Assembly: GCF_001194135.2 (NCBI RefSeq)
Contig: NC_068999.1
Location: 16,050,268 to 16,114,267, forward strand
Direction: 5' to 3'
Length of the DNA stretch: 64,000 nucleotides
Origin: Octopus bimaculoides
Lineage: Eukaryota
Positions 39,188 to 53,255 of the stretch are shown here, piece after piece. The notes below the pieces were generated by a model. It saw only the letters and a program-made list of their open reading frames with translations, was not told where the DNA came from and ran no database searches. The position numbers and the translations under genes were made by a program. Within the stretch, counting starts at the first letter, position 1, and each line of letters opens with the position of its first letter.

Positions 39188-40622
39188 TTATCTATCTATC
39201 TATATCTCAATATATATATGAATATATATAAACACGAATATGGAGGTATATTGAACGTCCTTTAATATCATTCGTCTATTATTGCTTTCGAATATGACTT
39301 ATTACACGCCATGTAAGGCAGTGACATATATCATTTATGTAGTACGTGGTTTCAGTTCTTTCTTTAAGCATGCGTTGCACTTTTGGCAATAAAATAAATT
39401 ATGTTTTAAAAGGGTCGCCTTCTTCTTCATTTCTTTTTTTTTTTTTCATTTACTTTTCCTTTGCATATCTGATTCTTTACTTCGGTTGCAGAATATTTGA
39501 TGTTGTTTTAGAAACACAAATACGAACGGTAAATATTCAGAAAGATGATCAACAACCAACTTAACAATTTTAAGAAATAAAAAACAAACAAACGTAAACA
39601 GCTGCATTATATTCAAGATAAGAATGTTCTTGAAAGAATGGTTCACGTGTATTTGAGTACAGAATTCTATATGTGAGGTATGTCCTATATATAATTTTAA
39701 CAAGCTTTCTTTGTTTCCACAAAGTAATAGGCAGTTAATGATATAGGATCGCATAAATACATAGTATGAAACCCGAATGAATGCAGAACTAACAAGTATT
39801 TCTTTTACATATACATGTGTGCGCGCGCGCGTTTGTCTGCGCATACAAACACGTATGCACGCACACAGCGGCATGTTCTCAGAAATACTTTAAATTTCTG
39901 TGAATTTTTCACAGTGAATATCAATTGAGAAAGACACTATGCAAAGAAGTGTGTGACTGCGTCTGTATGCATATACGTATGCATGTATTTATATATGTAT
40001 GTATTTATACACTTTACCAGTAATGTTCATTGTTTATTGGAACACGGCAATGATAGCTCACATACTTAGAGAGTTAGATCTATAATCTCATTTTGCATAG
40101 ATACATAAATGCATACATACACTGAACTGTTTTGATCAAATTAAAGTAATATTTGTTTATTACCCATACAGATATTTGAAGGAAAAAAACAACCACATAC
40201 ATGATTGTACAAAATGAGAACTGCTTCGACACAAACAGAGAAATATAGAAACACATATACGCCATTCAAAAAAAAAATATCAATAAACAAAAATAACTGT
40301 AAGAACATTAAACAAACATCTATATCAATTGATGTGTAAGATAAATGGAAAGAGAATTCATTCGTGTACTCTATTCCCACTTAAGAACTATATTTTACAC
40401 AACTAATAAAACATTGTTAATATACATGTGTATAATTAGGAATTCGCTTATATTTCGCCATATATATTATTTCTATCATTGTAAAATATCTTCCGTGTTC
40501 CTACTCCACCATTCAACTCTGCTTCACTCCCCTACAAGATATCTATTTAAACATTTGTATGTCGGCCTGACTGAATGCCTATCATTCTGTTTATCTAAAT
40601 CTCTAACTCATCTTTCTCTCCC

Positions 40623-40653
<31 letters not shown>

Positions 40654-41950
40654 NNNNNNNNNNNNNNNNNNNNNNNNNNNNNNNNNNNNNNNNNNNNNNN
40701 NNNNNNNNNNNNNNNNNNNNNNNNNNNNNNNNNNNNNNNNNNNNNNNNNNNNNNNNNNNNNNNNNNNNNNNNNNNNNNNNNNNNNNNNNNNNNNNNNNNN
40801 NNNNNNNNNNNNNNNNNNNNNNNNNNNNNNNNNNNNNNNNNNNNNNNNNNNNNNNNNNNNNNNNNNNNNNNNNNNNNNNNNNNNNNNNNNNNNNNNNNNN
40901 NNNNNNNNNNNNNNNNNNNNNNNNNNNGTATATATATATGTATGTGTGTGTATGTGTGTGTGTGTGTGTGTGTGGATGTGTGTGTATATACATATATTCA
41001 TGCTTATTTGTGTATATGTATACATACATATATTTATACTTATGTAAGTATATATGCACATATACATGCTTGGGTGTATTTTTATATGCGTATATTTGTT
41101 TGCAGGCATGTGTAGGTATAATTTCATACATATCATTATTAGATACATACACGTTTATCTATATGCAGAGTTAGAATAATGAACCGATAATCTAAGTGAA
41201 ATCAACAGCAACAACAAGCATCCACAATAGGTTCTTCAAAATAAATGCTAAAATTGCAAGATATCATAAAAAAGCAGAAAAAAAAACAGAAAAAATTACA
41301 CCAACGTTTATCAACACAGTACTCGAACAATAACAATATTTGTTATTTGTGATACTTATGTATGTATTTATTCACGGTTTATTGTTCATTATTTTTATTT
41401 ACCTTCCTTGCTGTATTTTATTTGTAATTTCATTATATGTATTGTCCTGGTTTGATATCTGACTTCATTATTATGTATGTCACTTTATATTACTATTTCA
41501 TACATAAATGCGTAAGTATACCTACATACATATATGCATGCGAACAAACATATCATATATGTGTGTGTGTGTATGTACATTCATATCTATACGCATTTAT
41601 ATAGAGAGCGATTTTTATGCATATATTTCAATATATATCTTTCATTGTATATATCGTTACTCTCAAACGGTATCGCTATCTTCCTCTTTGCTAATTGCAG
41701 TGCATCGTTACTAATGCTGTAGGTAAAATTACCTGCTATTAATGTTCTATAGACAGCATTGCATATTTACACGATGTGACACAGCGTTATTCGTATTTTT
41801 ATAACACTAGTTCGCCATCTATAATAACACAAAGCATATATGTTGATGCATAAACACAGCAGAGAATAGACGCATACATACATATATGCGCATAGACTGA
41901 TGTTCGTGTGTATGTACATATGTATATAAATACATGTTTACATACATAAG

Positions 41951-41982
<32 letters not shown>

Positions 41983-41985
41983 CAT

Positions 41986-42020
<35 letters not shown>

Positions 42021-42179
42021 NNNNNNNNNNNNNNNNNNNNNNNNNNNNNNNNNNNNNNNNNNNNNNNNNNNNNNNNNNNNNNNNNNNNNNNNNNNNNNNN
42101 NNNNNNNNNNNNNNNNNNNNNNNNNNNAGAGAGACAGGTAAAGAGAGGGACAAATAGATAGGTACAGATATATATATAT

Positions 42180-42228
<49 letters not shown>

Positions 42229-42336
42229 AAATATATACATATATCTATATGTATAGATATATATATTTTTAGATATAAACACATACGTATATACGCAAGC
42301 ATATATATATATATTGAGAGCGTATATCTGTTTCTA

Positions 42337-42380
<44 letters not shown>

Positions 42381-42881
42381 TCGATATATTATATAATTCG
42401 TATTCTATTTTATGCCAGCCAGGTAGAGACTGAGGAAGGAAGCTATTTTAAATGTAGGCCGCGCATAGCAACAAACTCTGACAAAACATTAACACCATCT
42501 TCCCCAGAAACGTTATAGTCAGCACCATTGTCAGCATCATCACCATCGCCATGCTCATAATCACCTACAGCAACAACAATGCAAACAACAACAACAACAA
42601 CAACAGCAATAATAGATACATCGTCAACATCATACAGTCAGTCATCAGCAGCAGCTGCAGTCAATTAAAGCATAGAAAAACATTAGGAGTAAGTGGTATT
42701 TAGCATAGATATGAACTAGATCTAGTTAAATATGAACACATGGAAGGCAGAGTGCAGGAGAGCGAGAGACATGTTAGAGATCCCGAAATATGATGTAGGA
42801 GAAAAGATATGGTGCTGTAGCACTACTGTGCGTACTCCTACGTAGACATATATGTGTACGTATGTATGTATATATGTATAC

Positions 42882-42929
<48 letters not shown>

Positions 42930-43483
42930 NNNNNNNNNNNNNNNNNNNNNNNNNNNNNNNNNNNNNNNNNNNNNNNNNNNNNNNNNNNNNNNNNNNNNNN
43001 NNNNNNNNNNNNNNNNNNNNNNNNNNNNNNNNNNNNNNNNNNNNNNNNNNNNNNNNNNNNNNNNNNNNNNNNNNNNNNNNNNNNNNNNNNNNNNNNNNNN
43101 NNNNNNNNNNNNNNNNNNNNNNNNNNNNNNNNNNNNNNNNNNNNNNNNNNNNNNNNNNNNNNNNNNNNNNNNNNNNNNNNNNNNNNNNNNNNNNNNNNNN
43201 NNNNNNNNNNNNNNNNNNNNNNNNNNNNNNNNNNNNNNNNNNNNNNNNNNNNNNNNNNNNNNNNNNNNNNNNNNNNNNNNNNNNNNNNNNNNNNNNNNNN
43301 NNNNNNNNNNNNNNNNNNNNNNNNNNNNNNNNNNNNNNNNNNNNNNNNNNNNNNNNNNNNNNNNNNNNNNNNNNNNNNNNNNNNNNNNNNNNNNNNNNNN
43401 NNNNNNNNNNNNNNNNNNNNNNNNNNNNNNNNNNNNNNNNNNNNNNNNNNNNNNNNNNNNNNNNNNNNNNNNNNNNNNNNNNN

Positions 43484-43542
<59 letters not shown>

Positions 43543-44222
43543 TATATGCATACGCGTATAATATGTGTGTTTGCGTATGTGAGTATGTAACAGGACGATA
43601 GAATAAATACATAAACATTGCTATGGCGCTTTTAATGAAGTTACTGATTATACCTTGTTGATGAAGCCGTAAATTTCGTTGTCAAAGATGAAAGTGATAG
43701 CGCCACCGTTGATGACTCATCGCAATAATCATGATAATGATGATGTTGACTATGATACTGTCGATGGTGATCATCATCATTGTCATCATAATCATCATTA
43801 TAATTATCGTTGCAGTCACTATCGTTGTAATGGTCAACATAAATATTATGGTGATAAAGATGACGACGGAAATGTACAGGTCGACTCTGTAAGAATGAAA
43901 ATAGAAAATCTCCAATTATAATACACTCCCCACACCTTTATGATTTGGAAGAATACGGAGAATGACCGTGACTGTCAATGAGCATGTGCGTTTAGCAACA
44001 ATACAATTGCACTGAAACTCTGACACTGATGACGTATTTCCAGAATAACTCTTAATTCTGTCTTTCACTGTCACGTTGAAGCGGCATCTGGACTTCTGCT
44101 TAAACGATGTGGGGACAATTAGTTTCGCTTTCTGTCTGACGAGTTCACTTTATTTCCATTTCTCCGCGCAAGTTTTTTGTTCAGCAAGAAATATGTGTGT
44201 GCGTGTGTGTGTGTGTGCGTGT

Positions 44223-44259
<37 letters not shown>

Positions 44260-44401
44260 TGTTTGTGAGTGTGTATTCGGTCAAAATGAATTTATCATTC
44301 CCTTAATTTTTCTTTTGTGGTTATTCAGTGATTCAATTACCATATATTTTGCGAGTGTCGTTCTGCTTAGAGGAAAGAACAAAAATAATAATAATAATAA
44401 C

Positions 44402-44439
<38 letters not shown>

Positions 44440-44897
44440 TAAAGAAAAGTTCTATTACCATATGTTCTAATAACCACCGCTGTGTATGAGCACATTATTT
44501 ACAATCTGAATCTCCATCTAGCTTACTGAGCAATATTTGTATAAACGCTAATTTGAATCACTGACAGGTTAGACAAAAACGTGTTTTATACTCGAACAAA
44601 ATGTGTGTATTTTGAATTCTGTCACAGTTAATTAGATAGTCTATGATCAATAGATTTAATTTTCAACCTCTGTATCTCAAGTAAACGAAGTTCTGTGTAT
44701 GTAATAAATTACCACCAACCAAAGGCAATACTATAAAGTTGGGGTGTCTCACTAAGAAAACTAACTGATTTTACAGTATTCTGTATGAAAGAAAAGTAAT
44801 CTCTCTTTTCATTTGTGCTTGTAATTGTTTGTGATAATATTAATATTCTTATGTTTATGCACGTCTCGCACACTGCCTTTTCTTTCTTTCTTTTAAG

Positions 44898-45090
44898 CTT
44901 GTTCACACCAGGGTGGCAGACGCGGCGTTTATTTCGATAGATATTTACGAAACTCATTCGTTAATAGCATATTTATGTACTGAGCTACTGACTGCGATAT
45001 GCTCTAATTTTACTGATATATCTATTTACTCGACACGATCTAGCGACAAAAAGTTTTCTCTATCCTACAAGCTACCGGCTGCTTACATTG
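44898..45090 (+). other. Candidate exon, 193 nt, open in frame 0
   Basis: Acceptor cctttttctttctttcttttaag|C and donor TTG|gtaaga. Frame reads LVHTRVADAAFISIDIYETHSLIAYLCTELLTAICSNFTDISIYSTRSSDKKFSLSYKLPAAYI with no stop. No family recognised. Confidence 0.3.
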
Positions 45091-45199
45091 GTAAGACAAT
45101 CTTTACTATTATAACTATTTACCACGAGATATCATGAGATTTCTTAACTACAAGTGGTGAATTGATAGCACATACAGAACAAAGAAGAAAACACTTCGT

Positions 45200-45233
<34 letters not shown>

Positions 45234-45515
45234 TATTTTCGTATTGATTTAGCGAAGTATTTCAGTATTTACTTCCTTCGAAGTTAGCGTTGGGCAGAAA
45301 CGTTATTCTCCAAGCGCTTGCGTGTTGTAAACAATGTGCTAGTCTTACTGGCCTTTATTTTACTGAATTAAAATTCATGTTAGCTTTTTCCAATTTCTCA
45401 TGAAAAAAACACAAAACCTTGGCACGTTATTCTGTGTTAATGATTGCATATACTATATGAAAATATTGGGTCTATAAGTAGTATTCATCCATTCTATATT
45501 TGCATCATATTTACA

Positions 45516-45990
45516 AAAAAATTGGCCATAGCACTCGTGCAATCTGGGATTTTCCAGGAATTTGTCCCGTGTACTGCATATATGACGAAAGAAATTGCGA
45601 CCGCCCTAAATGTACATGAATAGACTAAATATTTATATAAGCTCAACATCAGTCAAGATTAGAACTCAGTGAAATAACGGCAGCGGTATATCAACAAAAT
45701 ATGTCCCTCATGTTAGGTACTCGGCCGCAAGCGGAAATCCCGATAAAAAAATGACCACATCAAGCGTACAATCTGCGATTTTCCAAAGATTGGTCTCTTC
45801 GGTTTGATACATTGCTGGTGAAATTGAGATCGCTCTAAATGTAGATAAAGAGACCATATATTTAATATCAGCTCAATGCCAATCAAGAGAAGATAGGATT
45901 CGCTGCGATAGGAGGAGAGAAATATCGATAAAACATGTCCCTGGTTTTAGGTACTTTACTGCAAGCGGAAATGACGATCAAAAGATACAC
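45516..45990 (+). repeat. Diverged tandem duplication, about 230-bp period
   Basis: Shared blocks caatctg.gattttcca (about 45540/45770), gaaattg...ctaaatgta (45591/45820), atgtccct....ttaggtact and gcaagcggaaat (45727/45961). Confidence 0.85.
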
Positions 45991-46169
45991 TTTTGATTAA
46001 GTAATTACTACTATTCCATATGTGCGTAATCCTTCTACAGACTTTTTAGAACATGATAATATTTCAGTTTCTTAAAATATTTAAAATTATCTATAAATAT
46101 ATATATAAATGTATATAAACTTTCTAAACAATTTCAGAGAATCACATGTTTGAAAGTAACTCCATTATC

Positions 46170-46232
46170 ACCCTCCTCCTCCTCCTCCTCATCATCATCA
46201 TCATCATCATCATCGTCATCGTNNNNNNNNNN

Positions 46233-46311
<79 letters not shown>
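46170..46311 (+). repeat. Compound (TCC)n(TCA)n(TCG)n(TCA)n microsatellite with a small gap
   Basis: Directly visible. Confidence 0.95.
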
Positions 46312-46313
<2 letters not shown>

Positions 46314-46721
46314 ATCGATACACTATACATTGCCGTTCTACTCCTGGAAATTGAAGCCTAGCACTTTCATCTGGACTTGTCACTAGTCGCAGCTTACGAC
46401 AACATTTACATATTAATTATGAAAATGGTCGTTCCATAAGTTAAGACCATATTAAAACAACTATCGTGATACGATTTTACTAACTTTTCTCTTAATGTTA
46501 TGATGTAAATAAGATTCCAGCGCAATTGTGTTTAACTCCCTTATCGCGTGCTAAACAAACTCGATACGTGTTGCTCTTACAGCTCTTTTTTTGATGCCAA
46601 GACACTGGACCCCGTTTGAAGAAGTCTGAGTTCATTCACATCCACTTATGCACCATTCTGTGTTAGTCATACTGAGATTGTATTGATTTCATCCATTTAC
46701 TCTGCCTGTCTCGTCCCCTCC

Positions 46722-46765
<44 letters not shown>

Positions 46766-46789
46766 NNNNNNNNNNNNNNNNNNNNNNNN

Positions 46790-46850
<61 letters not shown>

Positions 46851-47559
46851 CTGTGTGTGTATATGTCTGTGCGTACTTGTGTATGTGTATGTAGATATAT
46901 GTGTATATTGTGTGCACGTGTGTAGAGTAGATAACGTTCAGGCAACATACGTTTCTTAATTAGTAGATCCTCTAAGGTAATAATTACTGAGGGGTACTCA
47001 GCCGGTTACTCAACAAGCCGAAGATAGCTCAATGATATGAAGGCTCCATTGTTGTTAAAGCACAGATGCACACTAACACAGACACTCACGCACAATCCTA
47101 AGTTAACTCCCCGATTTTTCCGCGCGTCTAGTATGCCTTAAAATACAGTAGTGCTCCAATGATTCTCCCTCGCAGTTGTTGGTGTCGTTAAGCTAGATAA
47201 TCACAGCGAGGAATACGTCTTTAGCACTGGTTATGTGAAACGTTTTATTTTGTGTAACACATTTTACATTCGAACTAATTAGTCTACGTATATTTAGGGA
47301 GAGTGTCTAGTCGTCTTATTTTTTCCCTAAATGACATGTATATGCAGGTATATTAATACTTTTGTGCATTTCCTTTTATTATTTCATTGTTAGATAGTCT
47401 TAAACCAGAGGAAAATAACTAGGGTTTATGACAAGGAATTTGTTGAATCGATTTGTCAGTAAAATAATTATGAGATCATTGATTTAAGAAAGAAAACATT
47501 TTAGCACAGATAATAGTATTGACGGTCAATGACACTGCTAATTCTTGCTACCGTACACA

Positions 47560-47748
47560 CAAGCCCTGAAATTTTGGTGGAGCGGGCCAGTCAATGAGTT
47601 CGACCCCATTACGCAGCTGGTACTTATTTTATCCATCTCCAGAGGATGAAAGGCAAAGTCAACTTCGGTGGAACTTAGAATGTGAAGATGGACGGAATGC
47701 CGGGAATAATCTGGCCCAGCGTGCTTACGATTCTGCCAGCTCAACTCC
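47560..47748 (-). mobile_element. SINE family B (diverged)
   Basis: tcgaccccattacgcagctggtacttatttt...ggatgaaaggcaaagtcaacttcgg...cgtgcttacgattctgccagctc. Confidence 0.85.
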
Positions 47749-48613
47749 TCCAATTATACTATTAATAAGAAACGGAAAAAATCCATTCAGAATTCTTAAA
47801 GATTTTTTTTAAATTTTATAAATGGTTATATTATTGACATATATATGTCCGCTTGTATGCGTATATATNNNNNNNNNNNNNNNNNNNNNNNNNNNNNNNN
47901 NNNNNNNNNNNNNNNNNNNNNNNNNNNNNNNNNNNNNNNNNNNNNNNNNNNNNNNNNNNNNNNNNNNNNNNNNNNNNNNNNNNNNNNNNNNNNNNNNNNN
48001 NNNNNNNNNNNNNNNNNNNNNNNNNNNNNNNNNNNNNNNNNNNNNNNNNNNNNNNNNNNNNNNNNNNNNNNNNNNNNNNNTATATATATATATGTATACA
48101 CACACGTATGTGTGTGTGTGTGTGTGCCTGCGTGTGCATGTGTATCGCTGTGGGTGTTTGTATCTATTTTATTTCTACAGAACATTTAATTTGCACTAAA
48201 CCTTCAATACCTTTTTCTTATTTCCTATAATCATGTTTCTTTAAAACTCTACGGCCCTTTGTTACCACGAAAGCCAGTGAATCGTAATTATTACAGTCAT
48301 TCAAAAATTGTTTCCTATTGCTAACCGTTAGTGGCTTCTTAAGTGTCACTTCATTACAGGACGAAGCCACAACAATATCTTTTCGTTTAAGTGTTTATTT
48401 ATGCAGTTATCTTGGGATCATTATTCTTGAAATTTATTAATGTCCAACTGAAGTATGTACTTTACTATATTTAGTAATGTGTCTTACTTTCTGAATTTCA
48501 AACACAAATAAATTAGTTTTTTTCAATAACAACACCCCCGCTGTCGTTGAGGGCAGTTTTATAAACTTGTGCATGTGTTAGATATGTTTATTATTATATA
48601 GCTGCGACAATTT

Positions 48614-48827
48614 GCGAGTTGGCAGAAGCGTTAGCACGCCGAGTGAAATGCTTAACAATGTTTCGTCTATCGCAACGTTCTGAGTTCAAATTCCGCCGTG
48701 TTTGTTCTTTGCCGTTCCTCCTTTCGAGGTAGATACAGTAAGTAGCAGTTGAGTTCTGGGTCAATATAATCGACTTAATCCCTTCCCCCAAAGTTAAGGC
48801 CTTGTGCCTATAGTAGAAAAGATTATT
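48614..48827 (+). mobile_element. SINE family B
   Basis: gcgagttggcagaagcgttagcacgccg...ctgagttcaaattccgccg...ctgggtcaatataatcgacttaatcc...gccttgtgcctatagtagaaaagattatt. Confidence 0.88.
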
Positions 48828-49110
48828 AAGATGCGCTAGTGTACAGTGAAAATAGGTTGGTTTGTATTTCTTACTATTTAGGTGGACAGATTCGGTACGG
48901 TCTCTTGGAAAATCCTTTGCGATATATGTGTTGCCTCCTAGATATCTGGGTTCAAATAACGACGTATTTATCTTTCTTTTTCATACATTCGATGTCGATA
49001 AACGCTCTCATATCAATGATGTTGATGACTACCCAAAACCCAAATTACAGGCATCCTCCCAATTCTAGAGTGGTGGTGGAGGGAGTTGTTGTTGTTGATG
49101 GTGATGATGT

Positions 49111-49256
49111 ACCGAGTTCAAATTCCGCTGAGTTCGACTTCACTTTTTATCCTTTTGGGGCCGATGAAATAACTACAATTGAGTGCTGACGTCGGTGCAA
49201 CAGACTTACTCCACTTCTCGAATTTGCTGGCGTGGTGTTAAGATTCGAAATCATTA
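49111..49256 (+). mobile_element. SINE family B, 5'-truncated
   Basis: gagttcaaattccgctgagttcgacttcactttttatccttttggggccgatgaaat matches the B-box and core. Confidence 0.75.
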
Positions 49257-49289
49257 TACTTACTATTGCTAAGAGTAGCTTCAGAAGCC

Positions 49290-49295
49290 GCAGCA

Positions 49296-49378
<83 letters not shown>
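49290..49378 (+). repeat. Compound (CAG)n(CAA)n(CAG)n(TAG)n microsatellite
   Basis: Directly visible. Confidence 0.95.
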
Positions 49379-49664
49379 CGCTGTTATTGAATGCCGATGT
49401 GTAATATTATTAGTAAAGATAAAATAATTGCTTGACTATGCGTGGGACAAATTTTTGAAACCTTCTTTTGGTTAACTCTTTGATTAGAAACCCCGATGGG
49501 GTTTTGCCAAGTGGGATATGAATGAGATCAAAGTATGAAAGCATCATAAAGAATTGTAAAAGAGTTTGGGAATCAATGGGTAAGCCTATATGCCTTCTCT
49601 CCTCTAACACAAAATTCTATGATAAATCTACATGTGTGTATGTATATTCATCACAGACTCAAAC

Positions 49665-49719
<55 letters not shown>

Positions 49720-50869
49720 CATAATGCATATATACATATATATATACCTACATATAAATATATATATGTGTGTATAAATGTATACACACACATATATACA
49801 TAGGCTGAAGTAGAGAGAGAGAGGGATAGAGAGAAGGGCGTATGAGAAATGAGTTATGTATATATATTAATATGGAGGAAAACACAGGATGGACGAAGTT
49901 ATACCCACATACACATGCGCGATCACACACACACACGCCCACAAACATATATACAAATATATGTATCGTACTTTGTTACATTGTTTTTTGGTTTGTTTTT
50001 GTTTTGTTTTGTTTTTTGTATGGTCGAATTCAAAGTGTATTGTGTTAGTTATATAAAAACAGAGTGAAGAACCCCGAAGAATTAGCAGAAGAACGATTGC
50101 TGTCAAAATTGCCTTACACTACTCATTGGTTTCATACTTGGCATCTTGTCAACTTATTGGCATAAATAGATTATTATTTTAACAGAGATGAATCTGTTTG
50201 AAACCAGAAATAGCGTCAGGTAATAAAACATAGAGAATAAAATTCCATTTAAAACTGACATGATTAGAATGGCCAAAACAATATTCAGAAATTTCTAACA
50301 TTCTTTTGTTTTAGATTAAAATGTGTTTCTTTCTTTTTCCTTCTTCTTTTATTCATGCATAAATCTGCATAGCGTAGCTGCAAAATGTTAACAATTGTTT
50401 TTGTCATATCCATTTTGTTATTAAGACAATAAATGCAGAAAGAGAAATAAGTGGCCAAAAGACGAAGTAACTAGGTTATAGCAAGTCAGAGAAATTACAT
50501 CAGCTTTTTTTTTTATTTTGATTTTTTTGAAATATTTCTTGTTCATTTCATTTTAAATTGACAATATTTTATTTTATAGAAAATAAATGAAGCACACGCA
50601 TACATATTCAAGCACAGATGCACACAGACACAGACACTCACGCACGATCATAAACATGTTCGCATATGTACTTAAAATAAACATAGAAAAATATTCACTG
50701 TTATTTCGATATCTTTCCCTGATGAAATATGATTTCTTTGTTATATAAAAAGTGTATTGAAAGAGCCGCTACGAAGGATTCGCAATATCAATATCGTTTT
50801 GTGTGCCTATTTTAAATGGAGATGCCTCTCTCCACTATTTTCTAACCAAGAACTGTACTTAAGTGGCAC

Positions 50870-50945
50870 TGAGTTTATAGACCCCGAATAGATGAAACTG
50901 TAAGTCAACCTCGACATGAGATATGCAGAACTGGCAAAGAAATAT
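50870..50945 (-). mobile_element. Decayed SINE family B fragment
   Basis: tttatagaccccgaatagatgaaactgtaagtcaacctcgac matches the reverse complement of the core. Confidence 0.6.
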
Positions 50946-51059
50946 CAGCATTCTCTGAAGAAAATTGTGCACAATTAATTTCCAAAAAAAATGGCGGCAT
51001 GTCAACAAGCTAGACTAAACTAATCCCTCTTATGTTAAAATCATATTTGCATAGCATGG

Positions 51060-51330
51060 AAATGATTTGTAAAAAATTCATGGGAGAAGGAAATTTAAAA
51101 AAGCTTGAATTTAATAAGTATGGGAGGGAACTATTTGCAAATAACCAACTCAAGTAAAGATGGATCCTCTATGATTGCAGCTTAACACGTGGATACTTCT
51201 TGAGAAGAAGAGCTTAGCTATAAGCGTGGAATTGGAAACCAAAATGAAGATATGAGCTCAGAGTTTCATGTCGAGTGAGACAAATAATTTAAAATCTATG
51301 GTTAAACCTATGGATTAACATTGGTTATCA
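51060..51330 (+). pseudogene. Possible decayed CR1-type LINE C-terminal fragment
   Basis: Across frames: MICKKFMG (cf. MIxxxKIMxG), LTRGYFL (cf. TRGHxxKL) and VKP.W (cf. RVVxxWNxLP). Confidence 0.28.
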
Positions 51331-51555
51331 AGTCACATGGAGGTGCATAGAAATTAACTCGTTTCGTACAATCACCCTCCAAAGATTGAGATCGACGATG
51401 ATGACGATGAATCCAAACATATCTTTAAGTCTGTCTTTTCTATCTATCTATCTATCTATCTATCTATACTCGTACACGTAAAACACACACGCACACACAT
51501 GATCGTTTGTAGAAATGCATAGATACGGAGAAGTGCACTCCAATGTGTGTGTGTA

Positions 51556-51606
<51 letters not shown>

Positions 51607-51778
51607 CCTCTGTGTTTTTCTCCTTGTTCTTCTCATTTTTTTTATTTTGAAGAGCGTAGCTCGAAACGTTAAAGACATTCTCTATTCCCCAGCGTTAAAC
51701 TAACACATCCTTTTGCTGTTTACACCACCTGTCCTCGTCTGTTGTTGTTTTTTCGTAAAATCTTCCATNNNNNNNNNN

Positions 51779-51812
<34 letters not shown>

Positions 51813-52974
51813 TTTTGTCATTTATTGTTGTGAGACCCAAATATAATTTAAATACTTTTGATTGAATAAGTGTAAGTCATCTAAAATGTAACGTGTGTGC
51901 TTGTTTATATTTCGATCGAATATAGGGAGTAATAGAACAAGTGCTAAATAGATTGATACAGAGACAAGAAGAGAGAGAGAGTTATAGAGAGCTACGAAAA
52001 TAGATCGAATAAACGGCAAAGGAGCATATATATTTATACATCTGTGTATTTGTCAGCCTATAAGTTTGTGTTTATTTCTGTGCCTACTTTTGTATGCTCA
52101 GCTGATTACATTTTTAACACAAGAATAGAACGTTTTAAAGATGTACTGAATATGAGGAGACTGTAATTTCCTACACACTGCAGACCACGAATTTAATCGT
52201 CTTGATTAAACTGAAATTGAAATGTATAATATATTGTTGCTATTGCAATTGCCATTACAGTTAGTGTGTTTAAATTATAACATCACAGTGAACGAAAATA
52301 TAATTGGAAAAAATAAAACAGAAAAGAAAATGAACAAAAGAAAACAATAGAATCCAACATAACTAAAACCCTCAACAAAATAAAATCTACATCAAATCAG
52401 CAACAGTACTAATCATTTTTTTAAAAACTTTTTTCATAGCCTTTCAACATTTCCTGTGCAATGTTTATTTGGTGACGGTAATTGTCATGGTAATGTTTAG
52501 GTAATTTGAACTGGAACAGAAGCAATCGGAACAATGCAGCCATAGAAAACATAATTCTTATTGGAAATAAAAAATTACATTTTCTAGAAAACAGCTAAAA
52601 ATACATAAACTGTTTGCAATTGGACATTTCTTCTGTTGTTCAAGGTCTTCTTCATTTCCTTTACAATTTTTTCGCTGGATAATTGTATTTTTCGCTCCTG
52701 AAACTGCTATTGCCGCTGTTGTGATTCCTCCTCCTTCTTCTCCTTCCCTTTCACCATCTTCTCTTCCTCCTACCACAACTAATAATAATAATAATAATGG
52801 TAATAGTAATAATAATAATCTATAGAAATAAGTAACAGGAGCGAGATTATAGTAGGAGAGGCTACTCGATTTCATCAAATGCTACTTACGTCATCGATCC
52901 CCCAAACCAATAAAAGTAAAGCCGACATTGGTACAATGTCTGATATTTGGGTGGGGTGGTTTATATTCATCCAA

Positions 52975-53106
52975 TACTAAACTGCTACTTTATTTTATTG
53001 ATATCCAAAGTATGAAAACCAAAGTTTGAACTGAGAGAAAAAACGCCTGAAAAAATGCCACTACAAATGTTCTCCTGTGTGCTAAAGATGCTGCAAACAC
53101 GGCGCC
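52975..53106 (-). mobile_element. Decayed SINE family B
   Basis: ctgctactttattttattgatatccaaagtatgaaa...tttgaactgagag...gtgctaaagatgctgc, with a head-like end. Confidence 0.55.
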
Positions 53107-53180
53107 TTAATAATCATTCTTTCTACTATATTCACATGGTATATAGTAGGGGAGGATGGCTCGATAACATTAATAAGTGC

Positions 53181-53255
53181 TCAACTAGTACTTATTTTAG
53201 CGACCCCGAAATGATGTAACACAAAATCAGCCTCGATGGTATTTGAACGTGGAGC
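53181..53255 (-). mobile_element. Decayed SINE family B core fragment
   Basis: caactagtacttattttagcgaccccgaaatgatg...cctcgatggtatttgaac. Confidence 0.6.

Noticed and set aside
43679-43921. His/Asp-rich 80-aa ORF
   Set aside because: Decayed (ATG/CAT)n trinucleotide repeat with no convincing splice or start context.
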